Source of the DNA: Lingula anatina
Taxonomy: Eukaryota > Animalia > Brachiopoda
NCBI GenBank assembly: GCA_051362555.1
Contig: CM120646.1
Span: forward strand, 22,134,001 to 22,198,000
DNA: 64,000 nucleotides
Reading direction: 5' to 3'
Shown piece after piece: positions 1 to 11,450 of this stretch. Under the pieces are notes generated by a model. The model was not told the DNA's origin. It did not search any database and saw only the letters and a program-made list of their open reading frames with translations. Positions within the stretch are counted from its first letter, which is position 1. Every line of letters begins with the position of its first letter. Both the position numbers and the translations under genes were made by a program.

Positions 1-54
1 ATAGAGGAAATGGGGCTGTCTTAGAATCTACCAATACCACCATGCAGGTGGCAT
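1..54 (+). CDS. 3' end of a C2-type Ig exon (cassette 0 of the V+C2 array), truncated by the window edge
   Basis: Encodes ...RGNGAVLESTNTTMQVA then T|gttagt donor; identical to the end of exon 1455-1775. Confidence 0.85.
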
Positions 55-791
55 GTTAGTATGCTTCTACATATTTAGTGCACACAATTGAATGATGTAG
101 GTCCTACATATGTTTCAGCTTATTTAATTTAAAAAATGTTCCATGGTTTTCTGCTGTCGTAAGTCTTGATTAGGTATATTTGACCAACGCTGTAGTTTCA
201 ACGTACTTTCTGTATAGAATTGAATGCACTTAATGCTTCTCTTTATTTGTTAACTGATAAAATGAAGTTTTGCCTTAAGCACAATATTCGAATTAATAAC
301 AATAGCATAAAAAATGACAACCAGTGAAAATGTGAATGGACATTGATGACACACACGCCTACCTCTTCTCAACATTTATTGGGTTTTCCCTGCATACGTC
401 TGATGATCCAAAAATTCCAAGATATTGAGTGTACTGATATTGTCAGACCAAGATATATTGTTATTTTCAGGATGTCAGGAGGCATTTAGGATTCCACAAT
501 TTTCTTGACCTTATTTATTTAAAATATACTCAAACACATGTATGTAAGGCATGTAAACATTTTTGGCAAATGCTTACAAGTTTAGGTAATTGCAATATTA
601 TGTAGTTTTACATGTATTTTTCCCGTTTGATCATTACAGAATAGAATCTGTAGAAAATGACAATGATGGGAACGATTTAGCAAAATGAGGTTTAATCTCA
701 TAATAAACATATTCCATATCTACCATAGGCATACATATCGATGTCTTTGTTTGAAAAGAAAGACTGTTAACGTTTCTGTCGCTTTTTCCAG

Positions 792-1115
792 ACACCACCT
801 CTGCCATTCCAGTCATTGGTTATGAAGGAGAGGTTATTGAAATGCAGTGCCAATCTGATTCATCAGGAACAATAACCAGTATACAGTGGTACCTGACGGA
901 TCCTGATCCTGACAAGAGAGTAGCCTATTGGACAGGATCAGGTCAGCCTACGTATATTGGACCACTGACCAATGGACGAGCAACTGTGGCGACACCTTCA
1001 GGAAACCTGACAATACATAGTCTGATGGCATCTGATGCTGGAGGATATGAATGTAGAGTGTATGATGAGAGCTATTTCCAAATACTTGTAGTGGAGTACA
1101 TTTTGACAGTATTTG
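792..1115 (+). CDS. V-set Ig exon, cassette 1
   Basis: tttttccag acceptor, G|gtgagt donor, phase 1-1, 324 bp open; C..IQWY..GNLTI..DAGGYEC V-set pattern. Confidence 0.9.
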
Positions 1116-1454
1116 GTGAGTAAATTTGATTATAATGCATGATATTATAAAACATAATACAGTTTCCATTATTATTCATATTAAATCTACCACATGCAAT
1201 TTTGTATACTTGCTGTTTTTTTTCCAGAATGCACCACTGCACCTCCCCCACACACCATTGCATTTAATTTTAAAATATATTTACAAAAGATTGGTGCCAA
1301 TTTGGTGGCCTTTTCATGGCTTCCTTTTTGTTATTACCACAAAGGAATGCAGGTCATTTGCAAAGTCTAAACAATGGTGTTACAGATAATCGTGATATGT
1401 ACATTATTCAAGCTGGGCCAATACCATGAAGAGAAATTCATTTTTTTCTTCCAG

Positions 1455-1775
1455 TGAGGCCCACCAATCTCCAGATAACAGGTCTGAGTGGACTGGTAAC
1501 AGAGGGTGTGTCTACCAGTGTCCAGTGTATCATAGGAAGAATACTTCTACCACCTACAGCTCCATATGACGTCTACTTTAAAGAAGGAGATGATGTTGAG
1601 TACCAAGTGACAAGTCTGTCAACTTCCAGTAATTCTGATGGCACCACGTCTGTCACAGCGACTGCAACTGTCCAGCTTGAGAAGTCAGATAATGGGAAGC
1701 CATTCCAGTGTATTGTGAGGGATAGAGGAAATGGGGCTGTCTTAGAATCTACCAATACCACCATGCAGGTGGCAT
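1455..1775 (+). CDS. C2-type (nephrin/CD80-like) Ig exon, cassette 1
   Basis: ttccag acceptor, T|gttagt donor, phase 1-1, 321 bp; VQC...SDGT...DNGKPFQC. Confidence 0.9.
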
Positions 1776-2509
1776 GTTAGTATGCTTCTACATATTTAGT
1801 GCACACAATTGAATGATGTAGGTCCTACATATGTTTCAGCTTATTTAATTTAAAAAATGTTCCATGGTTTTCTGCTGTCGTAAGTCTTGATTAGGTATAT
1901 TTGACCAACGCTGTAGTTGCAACGTACTTTCTGTATGGAATTGAATGCACTTAATGCTTCTCTTTATTTGTTAACTGATAAAATGAAGTTTTGCCTTAAG
2001 CACAATATTCGAATTAATAACAATAACATAAAAAATGACAACCAGTGAAAATGTGAATGGACATTGATGACACACACGCCTAACTCTTCTCAACATTTAT
2101 TGGGTTTTGCCTGCATACGTCTGATGATCCAAAAATTCCAAGATATTGAGTGTACTGATATTGTCAGACCAAGATATATTGTTATTTTCAGGATGTCAGG
2201 AGGCATTTAGGATTCCACAATTTTCTTGACCTTATTTATTTAAAATATACTCAAACACATGTATGTATGGCATGTAAACATTTTTGGCAAATGCTTACAA
2301 GTTTAGGTAATTACAATATTATGTAGTTTTACATGTATTTTTCCCGTTTGATTACAGAATAGAATCTGTCGAAAATGACAATTATGGGAACGATTTGGCA
2401 AAATGAGGTTTAATCTCATAATAAACATATTCCATATATACCATAGGCATACATATCGATGTCTTTGTTTGAAAAGAAAGACTGTTAACGTTTCTGTCGC
2501 TTTTTCCAG

Positions 2510-2833
2510 ACACCACCTCTGCCAGTCCAGTCATTGGTTATGAAGGAGAGGTTATTGAAATGCAGTGCCGATTTGATTCATCAGGAACAATAACCAGTAT
2601 ACAGTGGTACCTGACGGGTCCTGATCCTGACAAGAGAATAACCTATTGGACAGTATTAGGTCAGCCTACGTATATTGGACCACTGACCAATGGACGAGCA
2701 ACTATGGCGACACCTTCAGGCAACCTGACAATACATAGTCTGATGGCATCTGATGCTGGAGGATATGAATGTAGAGTGTATGATGAGAGATATTTCCAAA
2801 TACTTGTAGTGGAGTACATTTTGACAGTATTTG
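2510..2833 (+). CDS. V-set Ig exon, cassette 2
   Basis: Paralog of 792-1115 with intact frame and splice sites (donor gtgaga). Confidence 0.88.
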
Positions 2834-3179
2834 GTGAGAAAATTGGATTATAATGCATGATATTATAAAATATAATACAGTTTCCATTATTATTCATATT
2901 AAACTTACCACATGCAATTTTGTATACATACTGTTTTTTTTTTTTTTCCAGAATGCACCACTGCACCTCCCCCCCACACCATTGTATTTAATTTTAAAAA
3001 ATATTTACAAAAGATTGGTGCCAATTCGGTGGCCTTTTCATGGCTTCCTTTTTGTTATTACCACAAAGGCATGCAGGTCATTTGCAAAGTCTAAACAATG
3101 GTGTTACAGATAATCGTGATATGTACATTATTCAAGCTTGGCCAATACCATGAAGAGAAATTCATTTTTTTTCTTCCAG

Positions 3180-3500
3180 TGAGGCCCACCAATCTCCAGA
3201 TAACAGGTCTGAGTGGACTGGTAACAGAGGGTGTGTCTACCAGTGTCCAGTGTACCATAGGAAGAATACTTCTACCACATACAGCTCCATATGACGTCTA
3301 CTTTAAAGAAGGAGATGCTGTTGAGTACCAAGTGTCAAGTCTGTCAACTTTTGGTAATTCTGATGGCACCACGTCTCTCATAGCGTCTTCAACTGTCCAG
3401 CTTGATAAGTCAGATAATGGGAAGCCATTCCAGTGTATTGTGAGGGATAGAGGAAATGGGGCTGTCTTAGAATCTACCAATACCACCATGCAGGTGGCAT
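3180..3500 (+). CDS. C2-type Ig exon, cassette 2
   Basis: Paralog of 1455-1775 with intact frame and splice sites. Confidence 0.88.
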
Positions 3501-3679
3501 GTTAGTATGCTTGTACATATTGAGTACACACAATTGAATGATGTAGGTCCTACATATGTTTCAGCTTATTTAATTTAAAAAATGTTCCATGGTTTTCTGC
3601 TGTCGTAAGTCTTGATTAGGTATATTTGATCAACGCTGTAGTTTCAACGTACTTTTCTTATGAAATTGAATGCACTTAA

Positions 3680-6600
3680 GTGTGTGTCCATGATAAGACC
3701 AGTCAGAGGGTGGCAAGGTGGGGGTCAACAGATTTCAACCAAATTCATAATATTGTTGCATATATAGGAGATATTAAGATTGAAGGCAACAATCCCAAAA
3801 GAAATCATTGGATATAATTATAATATGATATTATATGTTTTGGCCATTTTTGGCTTGATTTTCAGCTTCGGTCAATAAAGCCACTTCATAAGCAAATATT
3901 TCAAAACTGATGACTTTTTAAAATTAATTGAAAATTTACCTATTTAAACCAGCCATTTGCCATTGAGAATATTTTACTAAATTTCAGTTTAACCCACAAA
4001 CTAACGAGCCACGCCCATTTTTATGACCCCACCCCCCAAACTCACTTTTCTACCAAGCAATGTTCAAACATTCATATCTCTCTTTTTGCAGGCTTGACAG
4101 CCATAAAATTTTATAGGGATCCTAAGCATATATTGGTCTAATCATACAAAATTCAAAAAGTGTGTTAAACACAACAGAAGACATTGAAAAAGTGCCTCAA
4201 ACTTTAGCAATTTTAGCAGAAAACCAAACGGCCGAAATCAAGATATCAGTACATTTTGAGATAATACCTTCCAATAATCAAATTTAATCAAAGACTCACA
4301 GCCAGGAATTCCAACTATGCTTTGATAAGGGCAAATCTATCCAATTTTTATAAATACAAAATGGCTGCCATCAAATCTGTCCCAAAATACAGTTACCCTA
4401 ATTCCTCAAAATAATCAAGAGGCCCATTTTTGCAGGTTTTTTATTTTGAGATCTGTAATACAGGATTGCTCAAATAATATTCTTTTCAGACAGAGCCATA
4501 CAACTTCTGAATAAATTTAAATTACTAGTGACAAGTTATCCCCCCCCCCCCCCAATTTAATAAGTTATTACTGTGCATATCCAGTGTCATCAGCATTGTG
4601 TATATACCTTATTTTCAGGGAGCAATAGAGAAAAAAATTACAAATGATTTTTCTAAAGGTAAAAGGGAATGACTGTCTTATTTTATCAGTTTTCTCAAGT
4701 GCAACACTAATTAATCTACTTGAAATGATTTATATTGCATTTTTCAACCATTCTTTTTCCTTTCAAATGATTCATAGGCTTTGTAAATACATGTGATATC
4801 TTGATATCTATATTCTTTTTCTATAAAGAAAATTAAAACAGAGTCAGCAACATACAATGACAGGAGGAGTACTTTATTTTCATATCATCAATTGGACAGT
4901 AAAAGAACAAAGCAGTTACTTTTTACAGGAGTGAAATCAAGTTATGAATCTCCAAGGTTCCAATATCACAGTCATCTTTTCCACATACTGAACACAACAG
5001 TGATGGGTAGTGTTCAACAGATTTTAATCTTATAACTGATTGATCCCCAAGTTTCTTCTTCTGGTTGAGAGATCCTGGGTCTCCTACAGTAATATAATTC
5101 AGCAATCTTAGAATAAGTGTGGTAACTTGAAGCAACATGCCACTATAGTTTAGTGTGACTGAACTGTCAATTGTCAATATTTGTCAATTCAATGGCGCCA
5201 ATCCTCCTTTCCTACAAAACTGATTGAGATTGCCAAGCCTAAGATGCATATTTGTTATGGGGGATTGTCCCAAGGTGGCTCTAAGTCCAATAAAGGTTTG
5301 CCAGGATATCCACTACTGCGTCTACCTGAAGATGGCAGGACAGGCTGTCAAAAGAAAATGTATTAAACATATTTTAAACTCATGTTAATTGCTGTATAAG
5401 AACCATTACTAAATAATATTCTGATCAAACATATTGCATAAGTGTAAAAAAGGAAATCAAATATGCATGATTGTAGCTACCAGAATTTCATGATAGAAAA
5501 AGAAACAAATGAAAAAAGGTAAACCTTTTTTCTTCTACGTGGAAGTGTTCCAGGCATTACAAAGTTGGTGCTCACATCTGAATCTGATGAATTTGCCTGT
5601 GCAATTTCAGGAGACTTTTCTATTATTGTCTGTAAGATTGTCCAAGTCAAGGTTCACATACAGGGCTAGGATGTAAAATCTGAAAAATAAACATAATATC
5701 AATAAATGCTTTACAACAACAGAGGCTTACTGTGTTCAGAATAGAAACTATCGTAGCAGGATCAATCTATCTCAGCGGAGTATCACACTCGGGCTCAGTC
5801 GTTGTAATCAGCTTAATTGTCTGGCACGCCCCCTTGCAAAGCAACATGAACAACATAATGGACTGCAAAGTTTTCCTGATTTTACTAAAGTACCTTTAGT
5901 TACAAGTGTCCTGTGTAATATGTAAGTCTTGAAAATTGAAGCACAGTTGTGTTACAAAGTCACATAATTATAGCTAGGCGGTTAACTTCAACTTCATTGT
6001 AAACACACATGAATCTGCATAGTGAATATAAAACTAAAATATAAAAAACTGGCACAAGTTACATCCCCTAAAATGCCAAAACTTGAAACTGAATGTGTGT
6101 TACATACATACATGTTTACCATGAAACAGAAATCAAGTAAAACTCTGTGAATTGAAATATACCAGTATGTTTTTTAAATTTGCTTATATTCTTTATATTA
6201 CTGAATAATATTCAAACTTATTATTTAAACTGGTTTGACTTTTTAGTGTATCTGATTCTAGTATATGTATGCCACCACTGATCACTTACCTTACAACAAA
6301 CATCCAGAGCTAAATCGATGAGATGGATATATTGAGGAACCCAAGCCTGACAACAGTCTGAAGTGGTTCAACCAAAAAATGCACATTCTAAGGACGACCG
6401 GCTGCTATGGTCATTTCTTGTTATATTCTGGTGCACACCAATCATTCTGAGATGTACCTAAGCATCTCTAGTGTGTGTTCTTCATAAATTTAAGAAAGTA
6501 TTATGTTTTAACACTGTGAAGACGATGTGCTTTGCTCTACAGTTGCTCCGGTGATAATCCTAGTACCCGCCATGTTGAATATAGGTCACAGAGTTAGCAT

Positions 6601-7332
6601 CGTTATTTTACATTTAGTTTCTACAACATAAACAAATTTAAAAAATGTATTTTCGCTTCATAAGTTCGTCTGCAGGGCAAACATATTTATTTTAAGGGCT
6701 TCTCACAAACCTATACATGGTTTTGACCTATTAATTTAGTTGAAGAAACAGTTTAGCATTTAAGTAGTATAAAAATTTTCGTTTTTAGGCCCTTTTTAAA
6801 ATTGTTATAGTTCTTATTTTACAAGGTTTAACACAGATTTTATTTTACAAAATTTATTTTTCAACCCTTTTCTATCAGCACATACCAAAATTATATGGAT
6901 ACAACCTGCAAAAAAGAAGTTGTGTGCATTTAAAGAAGGGGAGGGGGTCAAACATACGGAAAACATGCCATATTAGAATCAACCTTGTGTGGTCATGACA
7001 GTGCCTTTTCAAAAAATCTGTACTGGGTATTAAAGGTCTTTCCTTAACCTATCATGTGGCTTACCTAAATAATTCCTTATGATGTACATGATTTTTTAAA
7101 AGAATATTTAAAATTATAACTTTTCAAGAGCTAAAATATGCTATATTTTGGCAAAATTGCCAATAAAAGATCTGCCCCCATATCTCTAAAACTAATGATC
7201 CAAAATAAGAAAGCCAGTGGCTCACAATATCTTTTATGTTGATGGTTTACCACACCAAAAATTATTAAAATCTGCTGACCCCCACCTTGCCGCCTTCTGA
7301 CTGATCTGTCTGGCTTTCTCATGGACACGCTC
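3680..7332. mobile_element. Non-autonomous TIR DNA transposon, Sola3-like (TTAA target site), 3.65 kb
   Basis: TTAA duplicated at 3676-3679 and 7333-7336; ~55 bp imperfect TIRs (GTGTGTGTCCATGATAAG..GGCAAGGTGGGGGTCA versus reverse complement GAGCGTGTCCATGAGAAAG..GGCAAGGTGGGGGTCA); the empty site gcacTTAAtgc is present in the two upstream repeat units. GAG/CTC termini with TTAA fit Sola3; the family call is inference. Confidence 0.8.
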
Positions 7333-8470
7333 TTAATGCCTCTCTTTATTTGTAAACTGATGAAATGAAGTTTTGCCCTAAGCACAGTATTCAAATTGAT
7401 AACAATAGCACTAAAAGTGACAGCCAGTGAAAATGTGGATGGAAATTGATGACACTCACGCCTACCCCTTCTCAGCATTTGGGTTTTGCATGCATAGATA
7501 TTGAGTGTACTGATATTGTCGCACCAAGATATATTGTTATTTTGACGTTTACAAGTAATTCACTGAGAATAATTATCTATTACTACTTATGAATGGTCCA
7601 ATTGGCAAACATTTTAATATGGTAACCCAATGCCAAGTCGTTTATATTCATTAACATCTACTTCCGTGATTCTAAGATAAGTTATTGTGATGACAACTGT
7701 TTGTTTGAGAATCAAGATTACACAGATTGTAAACAACATATAAAAAATATTATAAATTGCGTTTTACGACTTAAACGGCGGTTATTGCAATCAATCTGAA
7801 ATCAGTGGTAGTAAATCGGGCTTTTGATGCACTTATTCCCGTTCATCAAGCAAACCGTTACCAGTGGCGTTGGGGTGTCCCATCCATTCTCACGTTCATT
7901 CGAGACCAAAACAAGAAACTGTCACATAAGGAAGCAGACGTGCGATGCAGTTCTCAGACAGAGCTGTAAGTTGTGAGTAATGATACATTGCGTCACGAAA
8001 TAAAAAGTCCAGTAATACATGTTTTGCATATATTATTCGTTATGTATACTTCGTGTATAATGTGACGCAAATGTCTTGAGGAACGTCTACGTCGTCGGGC
8101 TTTATAAATCCCAAAGTCGAGACGGCCAACTAAATGATAAATCGCGTTAGGATTATTAGCTCAATTCAATAAAGCATAAAGAATAAAGAATACGGAAGAG
8201 AAACCTGCATGATTGGACAGAGTCGCTGAGTGTGGTTACCATCAATCTTCTGTAGCCAGCGGAGAAGTACTCGGTCCCAACACAGTTTTAGGCGGCCATC
8301 ATTAATTACGTACCTTTAGGCGGAAAACCGAACCGGAAAGCGTCCCAACAATAATCTCCGTGACTTTCAGTTGCGGAGAGAGGTTTTTAACACTTGTCCT
8401 ATCAGGTGTGACGACTGTTTTAAGATGTAAGTAAACAGGTCCTCCAACCTGGTACGAACGTTTCAGCAGA

Positions 8471-9240
8471 CACGGATTATTGTTCCTTTTTCATACGAGA
8501 AGTGGCCTTTATAACCAACCAATAGGTTTTGTGCCATGCTCCTTTCTTCTGTTTATCCTTCTTTTGTGTTCAAAAGTTGTTTCTTCGTAGCGACCGGCGC
8601 ATTGACTTGTTAAATTAGAAAAGTCGCGAGGTACTCCTACTCACTTGGCCTTCACCGATGGAAAGGAGGTCAAGCAATTTTCAACACTTCCCCCCGCCTG
8701 ATCATTTAAATGCTAGTATCTCAGTTTAGTGACACACAATAAATGTTACAATTGTTGAATTTTAAATAGTTTTTGTCTATTTGATGTTTGATGTTCTGAA
8801 AAGGGCGTTTTTTTTTTTAAATCATTTTCAACTAAAACCACCTTGTTTGCACGTTTAGTAACACCATTTCGTACTCCAAAACCCTGCAGGCGACACTAAT
8901 AATGTACCAATTTTTTGTGAACATGCCCAAAATATTTCATCTCTATCGGTTAGCGAACGTTTAACTGCGTGCTCGGGGCGTTTGTCTGTGTTTGGACATT
9001 TTTTTCTCACACGTAAGTGTCACAGGTGTGATAATTGTTTTTTTTTTAATAACGCCACCTCCAGTTCAATCATTCAAAGACATTTTATCTGCAGCATCTC
9101 CTTTACGACAAGAAAACAGTTTATGGTAATTGAAATACATGTCATAATATTCTGAAATACGTTTGTATTTTGTCCAAATTTTATATTTTTCATCTTATTT
9201 CTTTCAATATATTATTATTATTACAATTAAGGGTAACTCA
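8471..9240 (+). repeat. Paralogous copy of the gene A intron 18992-19855
   Basis: Colinear similarity from cacggattattgttcc to caattaagggtaa. Confidence 0.85.
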
Positions 9241-9245
9241 AAACA

Positions 9246-9366
9246 ACCCAGCAGGCACATTATGTTGTTTTAACGTTGAAACAACGTTGAAACATAACGT
9301 TAATAAAATGTTGGGATTTAAAAGTTGTGTCAACGTCAGATAACAACGTTGTATCAACCCCAGTTG
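9246..9366. mobile_element. Probable DNA transposon terminus with AACGTT subterminal repeats
   Basis: Begins acccagcaggcac exactly where the intron homology stops, followed by repeated aacgtt/caacgt motifs; other end not found. Confidence 0.4.
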
Positions 9367-9955
9367 ATAGACAATATGTGGGTAGGCCATTACTAGCGGA
9401 AACAACGGCCTACATGTCCTACAACAAAACTGGACCAAATTAGACAGATTTTGACCAATGCCTGGAATATTATTTCAGATTGAACTATAAAAACCCATCC
9501 CACGGAATGCCTTCCCGCTTGAGAGCGCTGGTAGCCCCCAGAAGAGGTCGGGCGTAACAGCGACCGTTGCTGTGACTAGACACTGACATGAGGGTCCTTT
9601 GTGGAGCGTGTAACTTTTTACAGTCGATAATTTGGAAAATATGGAGATCCAAAGTATCTCTTTTAATGGTTGTCGTATGACATACAATAGGCAATGTATA
9701 TTTGTTCGCTTTTCTGGCGAATTCAGTTAATGAACTGATGTCACAATGGCATCAAAGAGATAATTTAAAGTTAATAAAACACGATGTTAATCCTTATTGT
9801 CATTTATCAGTTAGCCAAATAAGAATAAATGATGAATAATAATTTGGAAAAAATCTTTCATGTTAAATGTCAAGGCTGTATAAACAGGGTACATGTGCTT
9901 GTGTTTATCTGAGGCAGAAACGAAAGGGAAAGTCGGGGGCTTGCAGCTTATTTAA

Positions 9956-11450
9956 GGCCGGTGATAGGGTTAAATACGCTTAAAATCATGTTTTTGAGTT
10001 TTTTGTGTGTTTATATTAATCAAAAAAAGTATCTAACGTTGGATGTAATAATTTTTATGAATTTGCATCGCAAAATGTGTCTTTTGATGAGTTTTTCAAC
10101 CGGCACGCGCCCCAGTCAGGCTGACAACTAAGCCACGCCTCTGTTACTAAGGGCCGTTGCCATGAGGGGGTCGGAGCACAGTTAATGAGTTATAAGCCGA
10201 TTACATGTGCGGTAATAGGTCATAAGTCTTACATCAGCTTAGCAGCGAAGAAGTCTAGCTAGTACACTATGGGGAAGAGAAAAGTTCGTGTTAAAAGTCC
10301 ATTTCCAGAGGAAAGAAAGAAAATTTTGAAAGAGAGTAGGGCCTATGCGAGGCGGTTGGGGAACTGATTTCTGTATACCTAATAAATGGGTGAAAGAGTT
10401 AATCGAATCGCCTAAATTAATTGACAAATGAAAGAAAAATCGATAAATAAATTTAAAAAAACGCTAAAAAGGATACTTTTAGCCTAGCTCTTAATTTTTG
10501 CGATATATATCGGCGAGCGTATCTGCGACACGTTACGAAACCGGAAATGATTGTTGGTCGCCGTTTGCAAAAGGTAAATCTAATGTTGACAAAATAAAAT
10601 TTTATTCTCCAAGAAATGATATCATGGAGCTTGAGAGACACGCGAAAAATTGTGATGTGAATGGCCAAACGAGAGAAATCCAAGCAAGGGTTGACAGCAT
10701 GATTAAAACAATAAAAATAAAAACGCATGTTAGCGGCTTTGCATTTTGCGATGTTTGGAGAAAAACAATTTCAAAATCACTGATCAAGCGGGAAGAAAGA
10801 GTTCAAAATGTATCCAAAAATGAAAATCACAAAAAGACCCCGAAAATAGTCAAGACTAGCAGGTAAAAAGCAAATAGGGTCTAAGTGTCATGTGTGTAAA
10901 AATAAAATATTTATTCAAAAGCCTTCTCTCAGTCACTTTTACCGCTGAATCTTGTGCAGCTGAGCGTCTCCCCTTTATCTTAGCTGGCATTTTGAGAGAG
11001 ACCGCTCTGAAGTAATCACTGGATTTTTCCGTTGATCTGACGATTACCAAGTGCCGTGCAAAATAATCCTGCAGCGTTATCCGTCAAAAAACTCTTATTA
11101 ACACAAGTGACGGCCACTTGCTCTCGACAGACAGTTTTATCTGATCACTTTGCCGATAACAGAAAAGGAATCTCTCAGGTAAAATTACTCGTTTGCCGAG
11201 GAAAAGCCATTGAAACGTTCAAATGCAACTTCACACCTCTTAATTGCGGTTAAATGTAATCGCTTTTGTTAGCGCTTCCTTCTACATATCCTTGACACCC
11301 TACTGGGCATCACTAGGCTAGGGCCCTCTCCAGAGCTGTCAATCAAAATGGCGGCACGCTTACAAGCCTAACGAGTGGTCGGAAAATGTAACAAAAGCAC
11401 GATTTTCTGCCCTTTCAAAGCACCCAAACAAAATATTTTTAGATGACAAT
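9956..11450. mobile_element. Possible Kolobok-like transposon remnant with a decayed THAP-like domain
   Basis: TTAA|GGCCGGTGATAGGG start; 10540-10750 reads NDCWSPF..KIKFYSPR..and a frameshifted HVSGLHF resembling the THAP xCSxHF motif; right terminus not found, end coordinate approximate. Confidence 0.35.

Larger units (their letters stand above)
1..3679. repeat. Tandem ~1.72 kb repeat array (intron-V exon-intron-C2 exon)
   Basis: Position 1 recurs at 1722 and 3447; a third intron copy is broken at 3679, resumes at 7333 and ends near 7545; a further cassette lies at ~17640-18958. Confidence 0.95.

Noticed and set aside
948-3489. Repeated ORFs antisense to or between the Ig exons (e.g. 948-1169, 1126-1389, 1573-1764, 2853-3113)
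   Set aside because: Shadow or intronic ORFs that recur only because the DNA is tandemly duplicated; no domain signal
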